From positions 46,004,001-46,068,000 of the forward strand of contig NC_092353.1 of assembly GCF_963676685.1 (NCBI RefSeq): DNA of 64,000 nucleotides. The letters are read 5' to 3'. Below are positions 53,626 through 64,000 of the stretch, piece by piece. This DNA comes from Mytilus edulis. Its lineage: Eukaryota. The notes beneath the pieces were generated by a model. The model was not told the origin of the DNA. It saw only the letters and a program-made list of their open reading frames with translations, and did not search any database. The position numbers and the translations under genes were made by a program. Every line of letters starts with the position of its first letter. Position 1 is the stretch's first letter.

Positions 53626-54520
53626 ATCAATTTGCTGGGAGGTGGGCTAGGAATCAGTTTGCTGGGAGCTGGGCTAGGAATCAGTTTGCTGGGAGGTGTA
53701 CTAGGTATCAGTTTGCTGGGAGTTGGGCTAGGAATCAGTTTGCTGGGAGCTGGACTAGGAAGCAGTTTGCTGGGAGGTGGGCTAGGAATCAGTTTGCTGG
53801 GAGGTGGGCTAGGAATCAGTTTGTTGGGAGGTGGGCTAGGAATCAGTTTGTTAGGAGGTGGGCTAGGAATCAGTTTGCTGGGAGCTGGGCTAGGAATCAG
53901 TTTGTTGGGAGGTGGGCTAGGAATCAGTTTGTTAGGAGGTGGGCTAGGAATCAGTTTGCTGGGAGGTGGGCTAGGAATCAGTTTGCTGGGAGGTGGGCTA
54001 GGAATCAGTTTGCTGGGAGGTGGGCTAGGAATCAGTTTGCTGGGAGGTGGGCTAGGAATCAGTTTGTTGGGAGGTGGGCTAGGAATCAGTTTGCTGGAGG
54101 GTGGGGGCTAGGAATCCGTTTGCTGGGAGGTGGGCTAGAATTAGTTTGCTGGGAGGTGGGCTAGGAATCCGTTTGCTGGGAGGTGGGCTAGAATTAGTTT
54201 GCTGGGAGGTGGGCTAGGAATCAGTTTGCTGGGAGGTGGGCTAGAATTAGTTTGCTGGGAGGTGGGCTAGGAATCAGTTTGCTGGGAGGTAGGCTAGGAA
54301 TCAGTTTGCTGGGAGGTGGGCTAGGAATCAGTTTGTTGGGAGGTGGGCTAGGAATCAGTTTGCTGGAGGGTGGGGGCTAGGAATCAGTTTGCTGGGAGGT
54401 GGGCTAGAATTAGTTTGCTGGGAGGTGGGCTAGGAATCCGTTTGCTGGGAGGTGGGGGCTAGGAATCAGTTTGCTGGGAGGTGGGGGCTAGGAATCAGTT
54501 TGCTGGGAGGTGGTCTAGGA
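53626..54520. repeat. 27-bp G-rich minisatellite, ~33 units
   Basis: gtttgctgggaggtgggctaggaatca. Confidence 0.97.
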
Positions 54521-55280
54521 AATGGTTATAAAGTATCAGTGAAAATAAGTTGGTTTACAGTACTGCAATATCATAAACAAACTCTACTATCATATGAAAG
54601 TATATTTGTTGTAATAGTTTATGTAATTTGTCGATAGACATTTTTAAATATATTTTTTAGAAAATTGGTGAAAGTGGTTTAAATTTATTTTCTTTCTCTT
54701 TTTTCTTTCACTTTTATTAATTTTAAATTATAATATAGTAATGTTTTATTTTTATCGCAGTTTTACCCATAATTTTGTTTTGGTTGTTAGACACAATTTT
54801 TAAAATAGGTGTAATTAACAGTCTTACATTTCTTTTAATTTTAATTTATATTATTCCGTTTAATTTATTAAGTTTGCAAGATGAATACATGAGATTTCTT
54901 ATTATTTTATTTTTTATTTTCTGTTTTTACATTGTGTGATTGAGATGTTTTATATGTATATAACAGTGTCTCATAAGTCTTTTTAGTCTGGGTGTTGATC
55001 TTTTTTTTTTATGTGATTGGACTTGTGTAAATATTTTACTGTTGTGTAAGATCAATACTTGACACAATGACTTGACACTTTAATAAAACAAATTTATCAT
55101 TATCACATGGCATAAGACAAACACTGACTAGGGACAAAATTATCCTATGGCAGTGTTAACTGGGATAAACAATCTTCTAGGGAAAAGTTTTATTATCTCT
55201 TCTGTATCTTTCTCCTCTCCTTTCTATTATTAAAGACCATATACTGATGTAGTAAAAAACTATAATCATATCTATTGTAG

Positions 55281-55438
55281 TTAAGAAATCCAAATGAGAA
55301 TTTCAACTATTCAACTGTAAAAAATAGTGCTGTGGAGATGTACTTCAAACGACAGGTGGAGTTATCTACCATGTATCGGCAGATGGAGGAACGTAATTAT
55401 CTAACAGCAGAAGATGCCATTGATGCAGTCAGAAATAA
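55281..55438 (+). CDS. GRIN1: GluN1 coding exon 13 (S2)
   Basis: attgtag|[52 protein letters not shown]+aa|gtaaac; 158 nt. Confidence 0.96.
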
Positions 55439-56338
55439 GTAAACATTGTCTGTTTGTATGCAATTTTAATAGACCACTTCCTAAGATGTCTGTATCAATT
55501 ACACCTCCTAGGGCTAAAAAATTATGACGGTTATGTTTATGCGTAAGATTAATAAATAATTGATTGTTTTAAGTTCAACACCACTTTCAGTAAACTTCAC
55601 TATAATATAGCATCTAGAGTACAAGGAGAGAACCATAGCCTTTGGCAGAAAAACTGACAATACTAGTTAATTCAACCTTGCCACAAGTTGGGGTTTGTTC
55701 TCATAATATTAGTGTTATCCTACACCAGAAAAAAATCGTCAATTATGCACGCCTTTATGACATCATTTACCAGATAGAGGGGATCGCCTGTATCCCTGCA
55801 CTATTAACGTTTATCAAGCGTCTTAATGATCGTCATTGTGCAGGATAAACTAGAAATAATGGTTGTTCTGTAGGTACTTAATGACAATTCCCTAATGAAA
55901 GCAATGCTGATTGTCAATTTTGAGAATTTAATTTGTCGAATAATTCGTGCAATATATAGTATTTTAGTTTTCAAACCACTCGCTCAACATTGTAAAGGAA
56001 GTGTCAAATGCCTCTAAACGCACAAATGATGTTCACTAAAACCAGAGTTTTTGACAGAAATGCATCAAACTTGAAAGTTGTGTATTGTTTAAAGACATTG
56101 TTAAAAAAACAAATTCAAAGGTCATGGTGTGTGCAAAATTATGTGAAATTGAATTTTATTCATACCCTGAAAAGTTAACCACACATGAGGTAATGTTTCA
56201 GCTTCAAATGTGTTGTCATACATATCCATGTTTACCTAATGGGCATAGGAATTTAGGAAAAAACCTATCATTACCACCTACCTGATATGAAATGTGACAA
56301 TTGACCCCGTTGTGATAAAGCAACAGGAATTCTATGAA

Positions 56339-56542
56339 GAGGGTGGTAAAGGGTTATTTACGTGCAACATGTTTTGCCATTTTAAATTTACGTGCAGCCG
56401 TGAAAAAGGTTCGTTATTCACAGTGTTTCTTGAAATTGGTGAAAGATCAACATGCAAGACATTTTTAAAGTTTTTGTTATTTCGTGAAATGGCAATTTTA
56501 TTTCGCATTCTTCTGTACAGATACCCCCCTTTTATGCCCCTC
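56339..56542. mobile_element. MITE, GAG..CTC termini
   Basis: gaggg...cccctc; TSD tatgaa/catgaa; internal cacgtg/cgtgaaa motifs. Confidence 0.7.
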
Positions 56543-56755
56543 CATGAACATTTTGTCTGTCCATTAGTCCCATTATGATTCCATTCAACTAGTCTTAATT
56601 TAAACATGTTTATTTATTGTGGTTTTGGGAAACAAGTTATTACAACTTATATCAATCCCTTTCCACTTTCCACTTCAACTAGTCTTGAACAAATCAATTA
56701 GAACTTATTTTGTTATTTATCACTCATTAGATCATGAATTATATTTTTTCTTCAG

Positions 56756-56928
56756 TAAACTTGATGCCTTTATATGGGACTCCTCTAGATTGGAGTATGA
56801 GGCAGCTAAGGATTGTGACCTGATAGTTGCTGGTGAACTGTTTGGAAGGTCAGGACTGGGTGTAGGTCTACAGAAGAGAAGTCCTTGGACACATGATATC
56901 TCTATGGCTATTCTTGGATTACATGAGA
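56756..56928 (+). CDS. GRIN1: GluN1 coding exon 14 (S2)
   Basis: ttcttcag|[57 protein letters not shown]+a|gtgagt; 173 nt. Confidence 0.95.
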
Positions 56929-57237
56929 GTGAGTAGAATATATATTACTTTTGATATTGTAGTTTCCATTACACAAATTTCCATTAAAAAATTTTTAAAT
57001 ATCACAAGGGAAATTATTTTAATATCACAATTTAAAAAGTTATCACACTAAAATCTTGTCCTCTGCGCTATTTAAAAATTATATAACAAGTGTTTGATTC
57101 AAATGTGCTCTTGGTATTGAATGTGTTTTTATGCCCCAGCTGCGGTTGATGGACCCCATTCAATTTTACATAATTTTGTCTGTTTGCATTTCCATCTGTC
57201 TGTCCGTTTGTCCCAAAATTATTGTTTCTGTTCTCTA

Positions 57238-57256
57238 ATTATACCCCACCCAACGG

Positions 57257-57291
<35 letters not shown>

Positions 57292-58196
57292 CGTTCGTCC
57301 GTCCGTCAGTGCTGTTTCTTGTCATCGCAACTCCTCTCAAACCACACAACAGAATTTCACGAAACCTTTTCAGATAATAAGGACATACTATGTAGTTGTG
57401 CATATCGACGGGAAATTGCGATTCAATTTTTTTTCTAGGAGTTACGCCCCTTTGAACTTATTTACTTTAATGTACTACTGCAACAGTTTGTCATCGCAAC
57501 TCCTCTCAAACCACACAACAGAATTTCATGAAACCTTTTCAGATAATAAGGACATACAATGTAGTTGTGCATATCGACGGGAAATTGCTATTCAAATTTT
57601 TTTCTAGGAGTTACCCCCCTTTTAACTTATTTACTTTAATGTACAACTGCAACAGTTTGTCATCGCAACTCCTCTGAAACCACACAACAGAATTTCATGA
57701 AACCTTTTCAGATAATAAGGACATACTACGTAGATGTGCATATCGACAGGAAATTACTATTCAATTTTTTTTCCAGGAGTTACGCCCCTTTGAACTTATT
57801 TGCCTAATATACTTCTGCAACAGTTTTTCATCGCAACTCCTCTGAAACCACACAACATAATTTCATGAAACTTTGTAGATAATAAGGACATACTTTGTAG
57901 ATGTGCATATCGACAGGAAATTATGATTCAATTTTTTTTCTAGGAGTTACACCCCTTTGCACTTATTTGTTTCAATGTACTTCTGCAACAGTTTGTCATC
58001 GCAACTCCTCTGAAACCACACAACATAATTTCATGAAACTTTGTAGATAATAAGGACATACTATGTAGATGTGCACATTGACAGGAAATTATGATTCAAT
58101 TTTTTTTTCTTATACAATTTTTTTTTCTTACACATATTTTATTTCTCCAATGACAATGTAGGAACGTGGGGTATGTGAGCGTGCTCACTAAGGTTA
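57238..58196 (+). mobile_element. Non-autonomous Helentron (HINE-type) with five ~169-bp units, nested in an older HINE starting ~57127
   Basis: Sub-TIR ataccccac / gtggggtat, (gtcc)n, units at 57321/57490/57659/57827/57995, terminal hairpin gtgagc-gt-gctcac. Confidence 0.85.
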
Positions 58197-58641
58197 TTTA
58201 ATTTTACTTTGCCTATTAGAAACCAAATGTTATGAAACTTTAAAACAGTACTTATTACTCCTGTACACAGACCAAATTTCGAATTTGGGCAATGTCAATT
58301 TCTCTTATCTAGAGTTATGGCCCTTCAGAAATGGAAATTTGCTGAAATTGCTGTATCTGCCCCTACTTTATTATTGATAACATATTTTTAACACATATAT
58401 GTCCCCCATGGGGATCTTCAAAATTTGGCAGGTATGTATTTACATTGAAGGAGTTTTAACTAATCAATATAAGCTTAAACACTGCCATTTCTGTGAATCA
58501 ACATCTTTTCTGAATTTGTTAATTTAGGATAGAAAAACTTTAAATAGGTGACATGCACAAACAGTTTGTCTATTGCTTATTGAGTGTAGACATGTTAATG
58601 TTATTGTTTAAAAAGTAAAGAGAATGTTTTTTTTATTACAG

Positions 58642-58746
58642 AGGGTAAAATGGAGCAGCTAGATAATGATTGGATTTTAAAGGAGAGCTCAGAATGTCCA
58701 TTAGAGGGGTCAGCACCAGCAACACTAGGACTAACCAATATGGCAG
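58642..58746 (+). CDS. GRIN1: GluN1 coding exon 15 (S2 end, pre-M4)
   Basis: ttattacag|(K)GKMEQLDNDWILKESSECPLEGSAPATLGLTNMA+g|gtatgt; 105 nt. Confidence 0.94.
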
Positions 58747-58779
58747 GTATGTATGTCTATTATTGGGGAAAATACTAGC

Positions 58780-58969
58780 TAAGGGCTTTTCCAGAATTAA
58801 TTGTATAGGGGAAGGAAGGCACTTTTATTAAAAATTGATGGGTGGTGGTTATTTTAGAAAGATTGCTTGAACATTTAAATGAAATATCCAATTTAAAATG
58901 TATGCATGGTGGGGTCAGATTAAAGTGCCTTCCTTTCCCCCCATACATTTATTTTTGAAACAGCCCTAA
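58780..58969. mobile_element. Hairpin MITE (TAA flanks, PIF/Harbinger-like)
   Basis: taagggct...gaaggcacttt / aaagtgccttc...agccctaa. Confidence 0.75.
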
Positions 58970-59585
58970 TCAAGAGCTAACTATCGTATCCAAGAAGATC
59001 ATGTATATTGAGGAAAGCTTCATTGTGACTGGATGTCAGTCTCAGTTACACCACCTAGGGCTGAACAATTTGGCAGGTGTGTTTATGGGTAGGAATGATA
59101 AAATGATTGATTGTTTGAGTTTAATGTCACTTTCAGTAAACTTGACAATAATATAGCAGCCAGAGTACAAGTAGAGAAGCATAGCCATTAGCAGAAAAAC
59201 TGGCAATACTAGTCAATTAAGATCAGTGTCAACTCAACCTTGCCACAAGTTCGGGTTTGACCTCATAATCTCAGAGTTGGCTGGCTTGTGGTCACTGTAG
59301 GTGAACTGTATGCTGTAATATCTTTCCATGTTTGAACCAATATTCGTTACTCTTTCTTTCATGAGCAAAAACTGTAATACGTTTTCTGATGAATTTGATA
59401 TTTCAGAATTTTTCTTCCATTTGGAAATTGTATGAAAAAGAAATTCTAAAAAATCATGACATAACGACTATTCAGTGTAAATAAAATTGTACCAAATTAT
59501 ACTTCGAAAATAGAAATTAATATGCCATATTTTAATTAGCAGTTGTGACATCATCAATACATGTACAGTTATTGTACTTTTATAG

Positions 59586-59731
59586 GTGTATTTATGATGG
59601 TGGCAGGAGGAATCGTGGCTGGTGTATTCCTCATTTTTGTAGAGATAACTTACAAAAGATATCGTGGTCTAAAGGAGAAGGAGTTAGAGCTGGCTCGTAA
59701 TGCTGCTGATAGGTGGAGAGGAAACATAGAG
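59586..59731 (+). CDS. GRIN1: GluN1 coding exon 16 (M4 + C0)
   Basis: ttttatag|(G)[48 protein letters not shown]|gtaagt; 146 nt. Confidence 0.96.
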
Positions 59732-61284
59732 GTAAGTAAAACAGAATCATTTAACTATCCAGCATTTCTACCAAACTTGGACGAATCATAAGATAGTATC
59801 CAAAAGTAAATTTTGTAAAAACAAAATCTTGTTTATTCAAATCTTTCTTATAAATGAACTTTTTTTTGCCAGTAAACATAACATTCAATCTGTTCTTAAA
59901 GTTTTATAAAATTTAATAACTTTCTTAAACTATCCTGGATTTGTACCAAACTTGAACAGAAGCTTGTTTATGATCAAAAGGTAGTATCTAGAAGAAAATA
60001 TTGTAAAAAAAAATCCTTTTTTTCTCCATATATTAGTAATTGGACTTAAAGTTTTTTAAACATTTATTAGATTCATAAACAGTTATGGATTTTTACCAAA
60101 CATGGACGGAAGCTTCTTACAATCAAAAGACAGTATCGAGAGGACGATTTTTAATAAAAGTTTCCCGATTTTTGTTGAGCCTGCGACTAACAGCAAAAGT
60201 AGGAGAGACACAGGTTCCCCTAAACATTTACACATTTTTTTAAAGATAACTTGTATTGTCAATCATGAATTGTTCTTTTTTAATGCTTTTACATATTTTT
60301 ACATTCCTTTCTGTATATTTGATAATGATTATCAAATGTTATTTACCAACATCATCCATGATGGTATTTAAAACTTTTATAACATCCTAGCCTTTCAGAT
60401 GCCTATATCAGTAAAATTTACAGTTGGTTTCAAAATACCTTATCTCTTATTCTTACCAAATGTATACTTTTCCTGACTAGTTGACTATATTTTTTTTTGA
60501 TAAATGTGACAGACTACAGTACAAATGTTTGTAAATATGTCAAACTTACCTTTATAAATTGATCAAAAGATCATGAAAATAAACTTGCGTGAAGTTGACT
60601 TGAAAGGGCCACTGTAATTTCAGAATTTATTGCATGCATTAATTATTGTGACCATGTCATTTAAGACTAAAATGCAATTTTAATTTTTGTGATAAAGAAA
60701 AAAAATCATGTTAAATTCATATACATAAAAAGGCCAAATGAGAGCAATTATAACCCTTTCACTATTTTGCAATAATAAAACCTTCTCAATAATTTCTGAA
60801 TTTACAGTATTAAGAGGTGGGAAAGGTTGAAGAGGGGGGAGTAGTTGATGTACAGCAAACTTAATACCTCAGCCAGCTTGAAAAATCATCCATTTTTCTC
60901 ACCTCCTTCCCAAAAAAAATGCATACAGTGTATTGAGTTTACAGCAATAACAATGTACTTATCTCATTAGATATAACAGCAGGATTCTATATTTAGCTAT
61001 CTATATATATAGATCTTGTGTTTTTATACATCTGCTTTGTGTGTATGTGTAATGATAATATTACTAACAATAGTAAACTGAAGATATTGATATATATATA
61101 TATAAAAAATTAAAAAAGCTAAAAATAAACTTAAGTTACCTAGTTGCACAACAGTTGACATGTTAACTTATCCTTACAATGTTTGCATGGTTTGCTACAG
61201 TTACAACTTTCATATTACTAACAAAATGGTGCATTTTGCCACGATCGAACATGCATTCTTGCCATGGAAGATCATGCTTTTTTT

Positions 61285-61554
61285 GCCTTGGGCGATCCTA
61301 CCTTATTTAAGATCTAACTTGCTGCCTGTATGTGACTCGGAATAACTAACAGCTTGCAGAACAGAAGAGTTTTTGCATTGGGTTATCCTTCCTTGTTTGA
61401 CCACTAACATGCTGCCTGTACCTGATATGGAATAACTAACAGCTTGCAGAACAGAAGAGTTTTTGTATTGGGTTATCCTACCTTGTTTGACCACTAACAT
61501 GCTACCTGTACCTGATATGGAATAACTAACTGCTTGCAGATAAGAAGAGTTTTT
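61285..61554. repeat. 90-bp tandem repeat, ~3 units
   Basis: gctgcctgta at 61321 and 61411, gctacctgta at 61501. Confidence 0.9.
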
Positions 61555-62976
61555 GAGTGTGGACTGAAAAGTTTTAGAACAAATGTAAGTTATGCATTAT
61601 TGTCTTATTTATTTGTAGATGTCTTTTTCATGGTTTAGGTGAATTAAGTCAATGTTTCAGGAGAATTTTGATTTTCAAACTTTAGGGCTTGATGAGGTTT
61701 GAAATCCATAAAAACTGGTTGTCTACATAGAAAAGTACATACACTTACTAGTATTATTGCAATTAGTTATCAAAGGTACCAGCCTTTTAATTTGATACTC
61801 CAGACACGCATTTTGTCTACATAAAACTCATCAAAGACGTTCAGATAAGAAAGCCAAACAAGTATTTAAAAGTTGAAGATTTAATTTTTTTGAAGAAAAA
61901 TATTATTTTAAAAGTCATTTTCTTGGTTTATTAAGGCAGTGAGGTAGACACATTCTGTATGAAGTGTGGAAGCACTTCATACCTTAAATGTGCATATGAT
62001 CAACACTTTTACACTTGTGGATATTTTATGCTTACATTCTTCCAAACGACATACAAAATGTGCTCATGAATAACACTTTTACATCCTTATAAAATCTATA
62101 CAAAAAAGCATTTAAATCTGATTCTGGTTAGTACATTCATATATTATAGCCATGAAATAAGGAGTAAAATCCAGCATTTGTTTGATTTCCTATACAATCA
62201 AAATGTTGTCAGGGAGAACATGTCATAGATGTAGCATTTATGGCCTTTTGTTGGCAATTCAAAATAACAAAATCATATAATGCAATTATTATGTCCCTAA
62301 CAACATGAAAACCTGAATCATGAAACAATTCTTATTTGATCCTTTTATTGGGGAAATAATTTAACAACTGTTGCTTATGTTGCTCATGTATAAAATGTTA
62401 CTAAGACCATAAAAAACCAATAGGCACATGCATTTCAAGTCAATACTAACTTCTCTGTTATTATAACAAAATATTGAATTGTATGATGGGTTTTAAATTT
62501 TGTGACGTGATACAAAAAATTCAGTTCCTTAAATTCCTTTATTTATTGCATGATCAATAAAACTGATTTTGTATGTTTTGGCTGTTTCAAACTAGATTGA
62601 TGAATCAGCATAAAAATTTGTGTTACAAATAAACCATTTTCATATAATCAACTTTTGACTACGGAATTTATATTTTTCTCACAAGTTCCTGGTATTCGAT
62701 CAAGCAAGAACAACTTAAATAAGTAAATTCAAGGTTTTAATCTGTACAATTTTGAGGGAATTTACTGTTTAATGCTTTCTATACATGTAAAAAAATCATG
62801 TGACTAAATCATCATAAAGCAGTAATCTTTCCCCCCAAATTGCACCAATTTAATCAATTATATATTTGATTTTACTTCTTTTGGTTGCTCATAGTTGACC
62901 GAATACCAGGATGTCTTACCACAGAGAAGGTAATACGAAAAATAGACTGTTCACCAGCTGTACTTTGTTGTTTCAG

Positions 62977-63069
62977 AAAAGGAAGAAGTTGAGGGAAACT
63001 TGGGACTACATCAGAGCAATGAAAGACCAACCCTCCACATCTGTGAGAGAAGTCAATGAGGAGAAATAA
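62977..63069 (+). CDS. GRIN1: GluN1 coding exon 17 (cytoplasmic tail); may instead end at an internal donor after 63042
   Basis: ttgttgtttcag|KRKKLRETWDYIRAMKDQPSTSVREVNEEK*; phase 0 fits exon 16; basic KRK start resembles invertebrate NR1 tails. Confidence 0.75.
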   Translation, partial: KRKKLRETWDYIRAMKDQPSTSVREVNEEK

Positions 63070-64000
63070 AGAAAAAAAAGAAAAACTGTTACATGCTTAC
63101 CTTGCATTTTGTTATATGATCTCTCTTATTATTACTGTAAATTCATAACTTTTTTAAAATAGTTAATTATTTTAAAAATTGTGATAGTTTTTCAACAGAA
63201 AAAATGCACTATGCATTTAATATTTTCTATAACATTATTTATATACACTGAAAATGTAATAATTGAATGTAAAAAAATCTGAACTTATTGTATTGCCGTG
63301 TGTTTATAAAAGTTTGAAAATTGCCAATAGATGTGTTGCCATGCATGATTGTTGCCATGCAATGAATCAGGAATATCTTTCTTAGTTGTTTGTATACTTG
63401 TATATAAGAAAAATTAATTTTTTGTTGTTGTATCTTTAGATGTGAATCTCTAATGGGTTTATGTTAGAAGGTGGGTGTCTGTTGGCAATATGGTAAACAT
63501 TATTGCAAAATGGTAATTTTAAAGATAATAACTTCTTTGTTAAGTCTTTTGGAGGATGCATCTCTTATCTTAACCCATAACTGACATAAAATATGTTAAG
63601 ATGTCAAAAAGTGTAAATGAATTATCAGTTTTTGACTGTTGTTTTTATTATAGCCTATTAACCTAAAAGGACCTTGGAATACTTTGATAGCCTATGAAAA
63701 TACTTTATAAATCTACCGTAATCATTCATGGTGACTGTATTTGGCTTGAGGAATACTTATTACATCCAGTCAGCTTTGTAGAAAACAGAAGACCTGTGTC
63801 TTACCCTACACTATTTGATTTCAAGATACAACAAGAAAATTAAAAAAAAAATTTATACTAATTTCTTTTTAATGAAAAAAGGTTAAGATCTAATAGGTTT
63901 AGGGAATGGTCATTGTTGATATTAAACTTTGATTTTTAGTGAAAACTTTGCTGGGCAATGTGCAATAATGTGCAAGAAAAACTTGATTCACCATTGTTTA

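Larger units (their letters stand above)
31186..63069 (+). other. GRIN1: Gene span: NMDA-type ionotropic glutamate receptor subunit 1 (GluN1/NR1), 17 coding exons in window
   Basis: Manual splicing gives one open frame: 2604 nt over exons 1-16 plus 93 nt exon 17. GluN1 motifs: [69 protein letters not shown]. Further 5' UTR and 3' exons may exist. Confidence 0.97.

Noticed and set aside
53632-54111. 159-aa Gly/Leu-rich ORF (LLGGGLGIS)n resembling shell-matrix proteins
   Set aside because: Translation of a 27-bp minisatellite; TTG start, no signal peptide or splice sites, and the frame breaks in later units
59732-59791. Read-through C-terminus [19 protein letters not shown]
   Set aside because: The donor is a perfect gtaagt and the read-through sequence is repeat-derived; no support without RNA data

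Overview
AT-rich eukaryotic genomic DNA, very likely a bivalve mollusc; the repeat families look like Mytilus, which is an inference from recalled repeat sequences. The main feature is a near-complete + strand NMDA-type glutamate receptor subunit 1 gene (GluN1/NR1, GRIN1 orthologue). I could splice 17 coding exons by hand (31205-63069). All have GT-AG boundaries and consistent phases, giving about 898 aa if the last exon runs to its TAA. It includes the signal peptide, ATD, S1, M1, M2 (N-site intact), M3 (SYTANLAAF), S2, M4 and C0. The left 17 kb looks like the 5' intronic part of an unidentified minus-strand gene. About 17.2-29.3 kb is a CpG-retaining, transposon-rich intergenic/promoter zone. 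The rest is MITEs, Helentron-type satellite carriers, SINEs, LINE and Penelope-like fragments, and minisatellites. Most ORFs in the supplied track are spurious or repeat-derived. I found no clearly new multi-gene system. The best leads are substitutions in the co-agonist pocket, duplicated decoy splice sites inside the NR1 gene, alternative C-terminal splice options, and several unclassified transposon architectures. Vertebrate residue numbers and exon sizes are quoted from memory and need checking.
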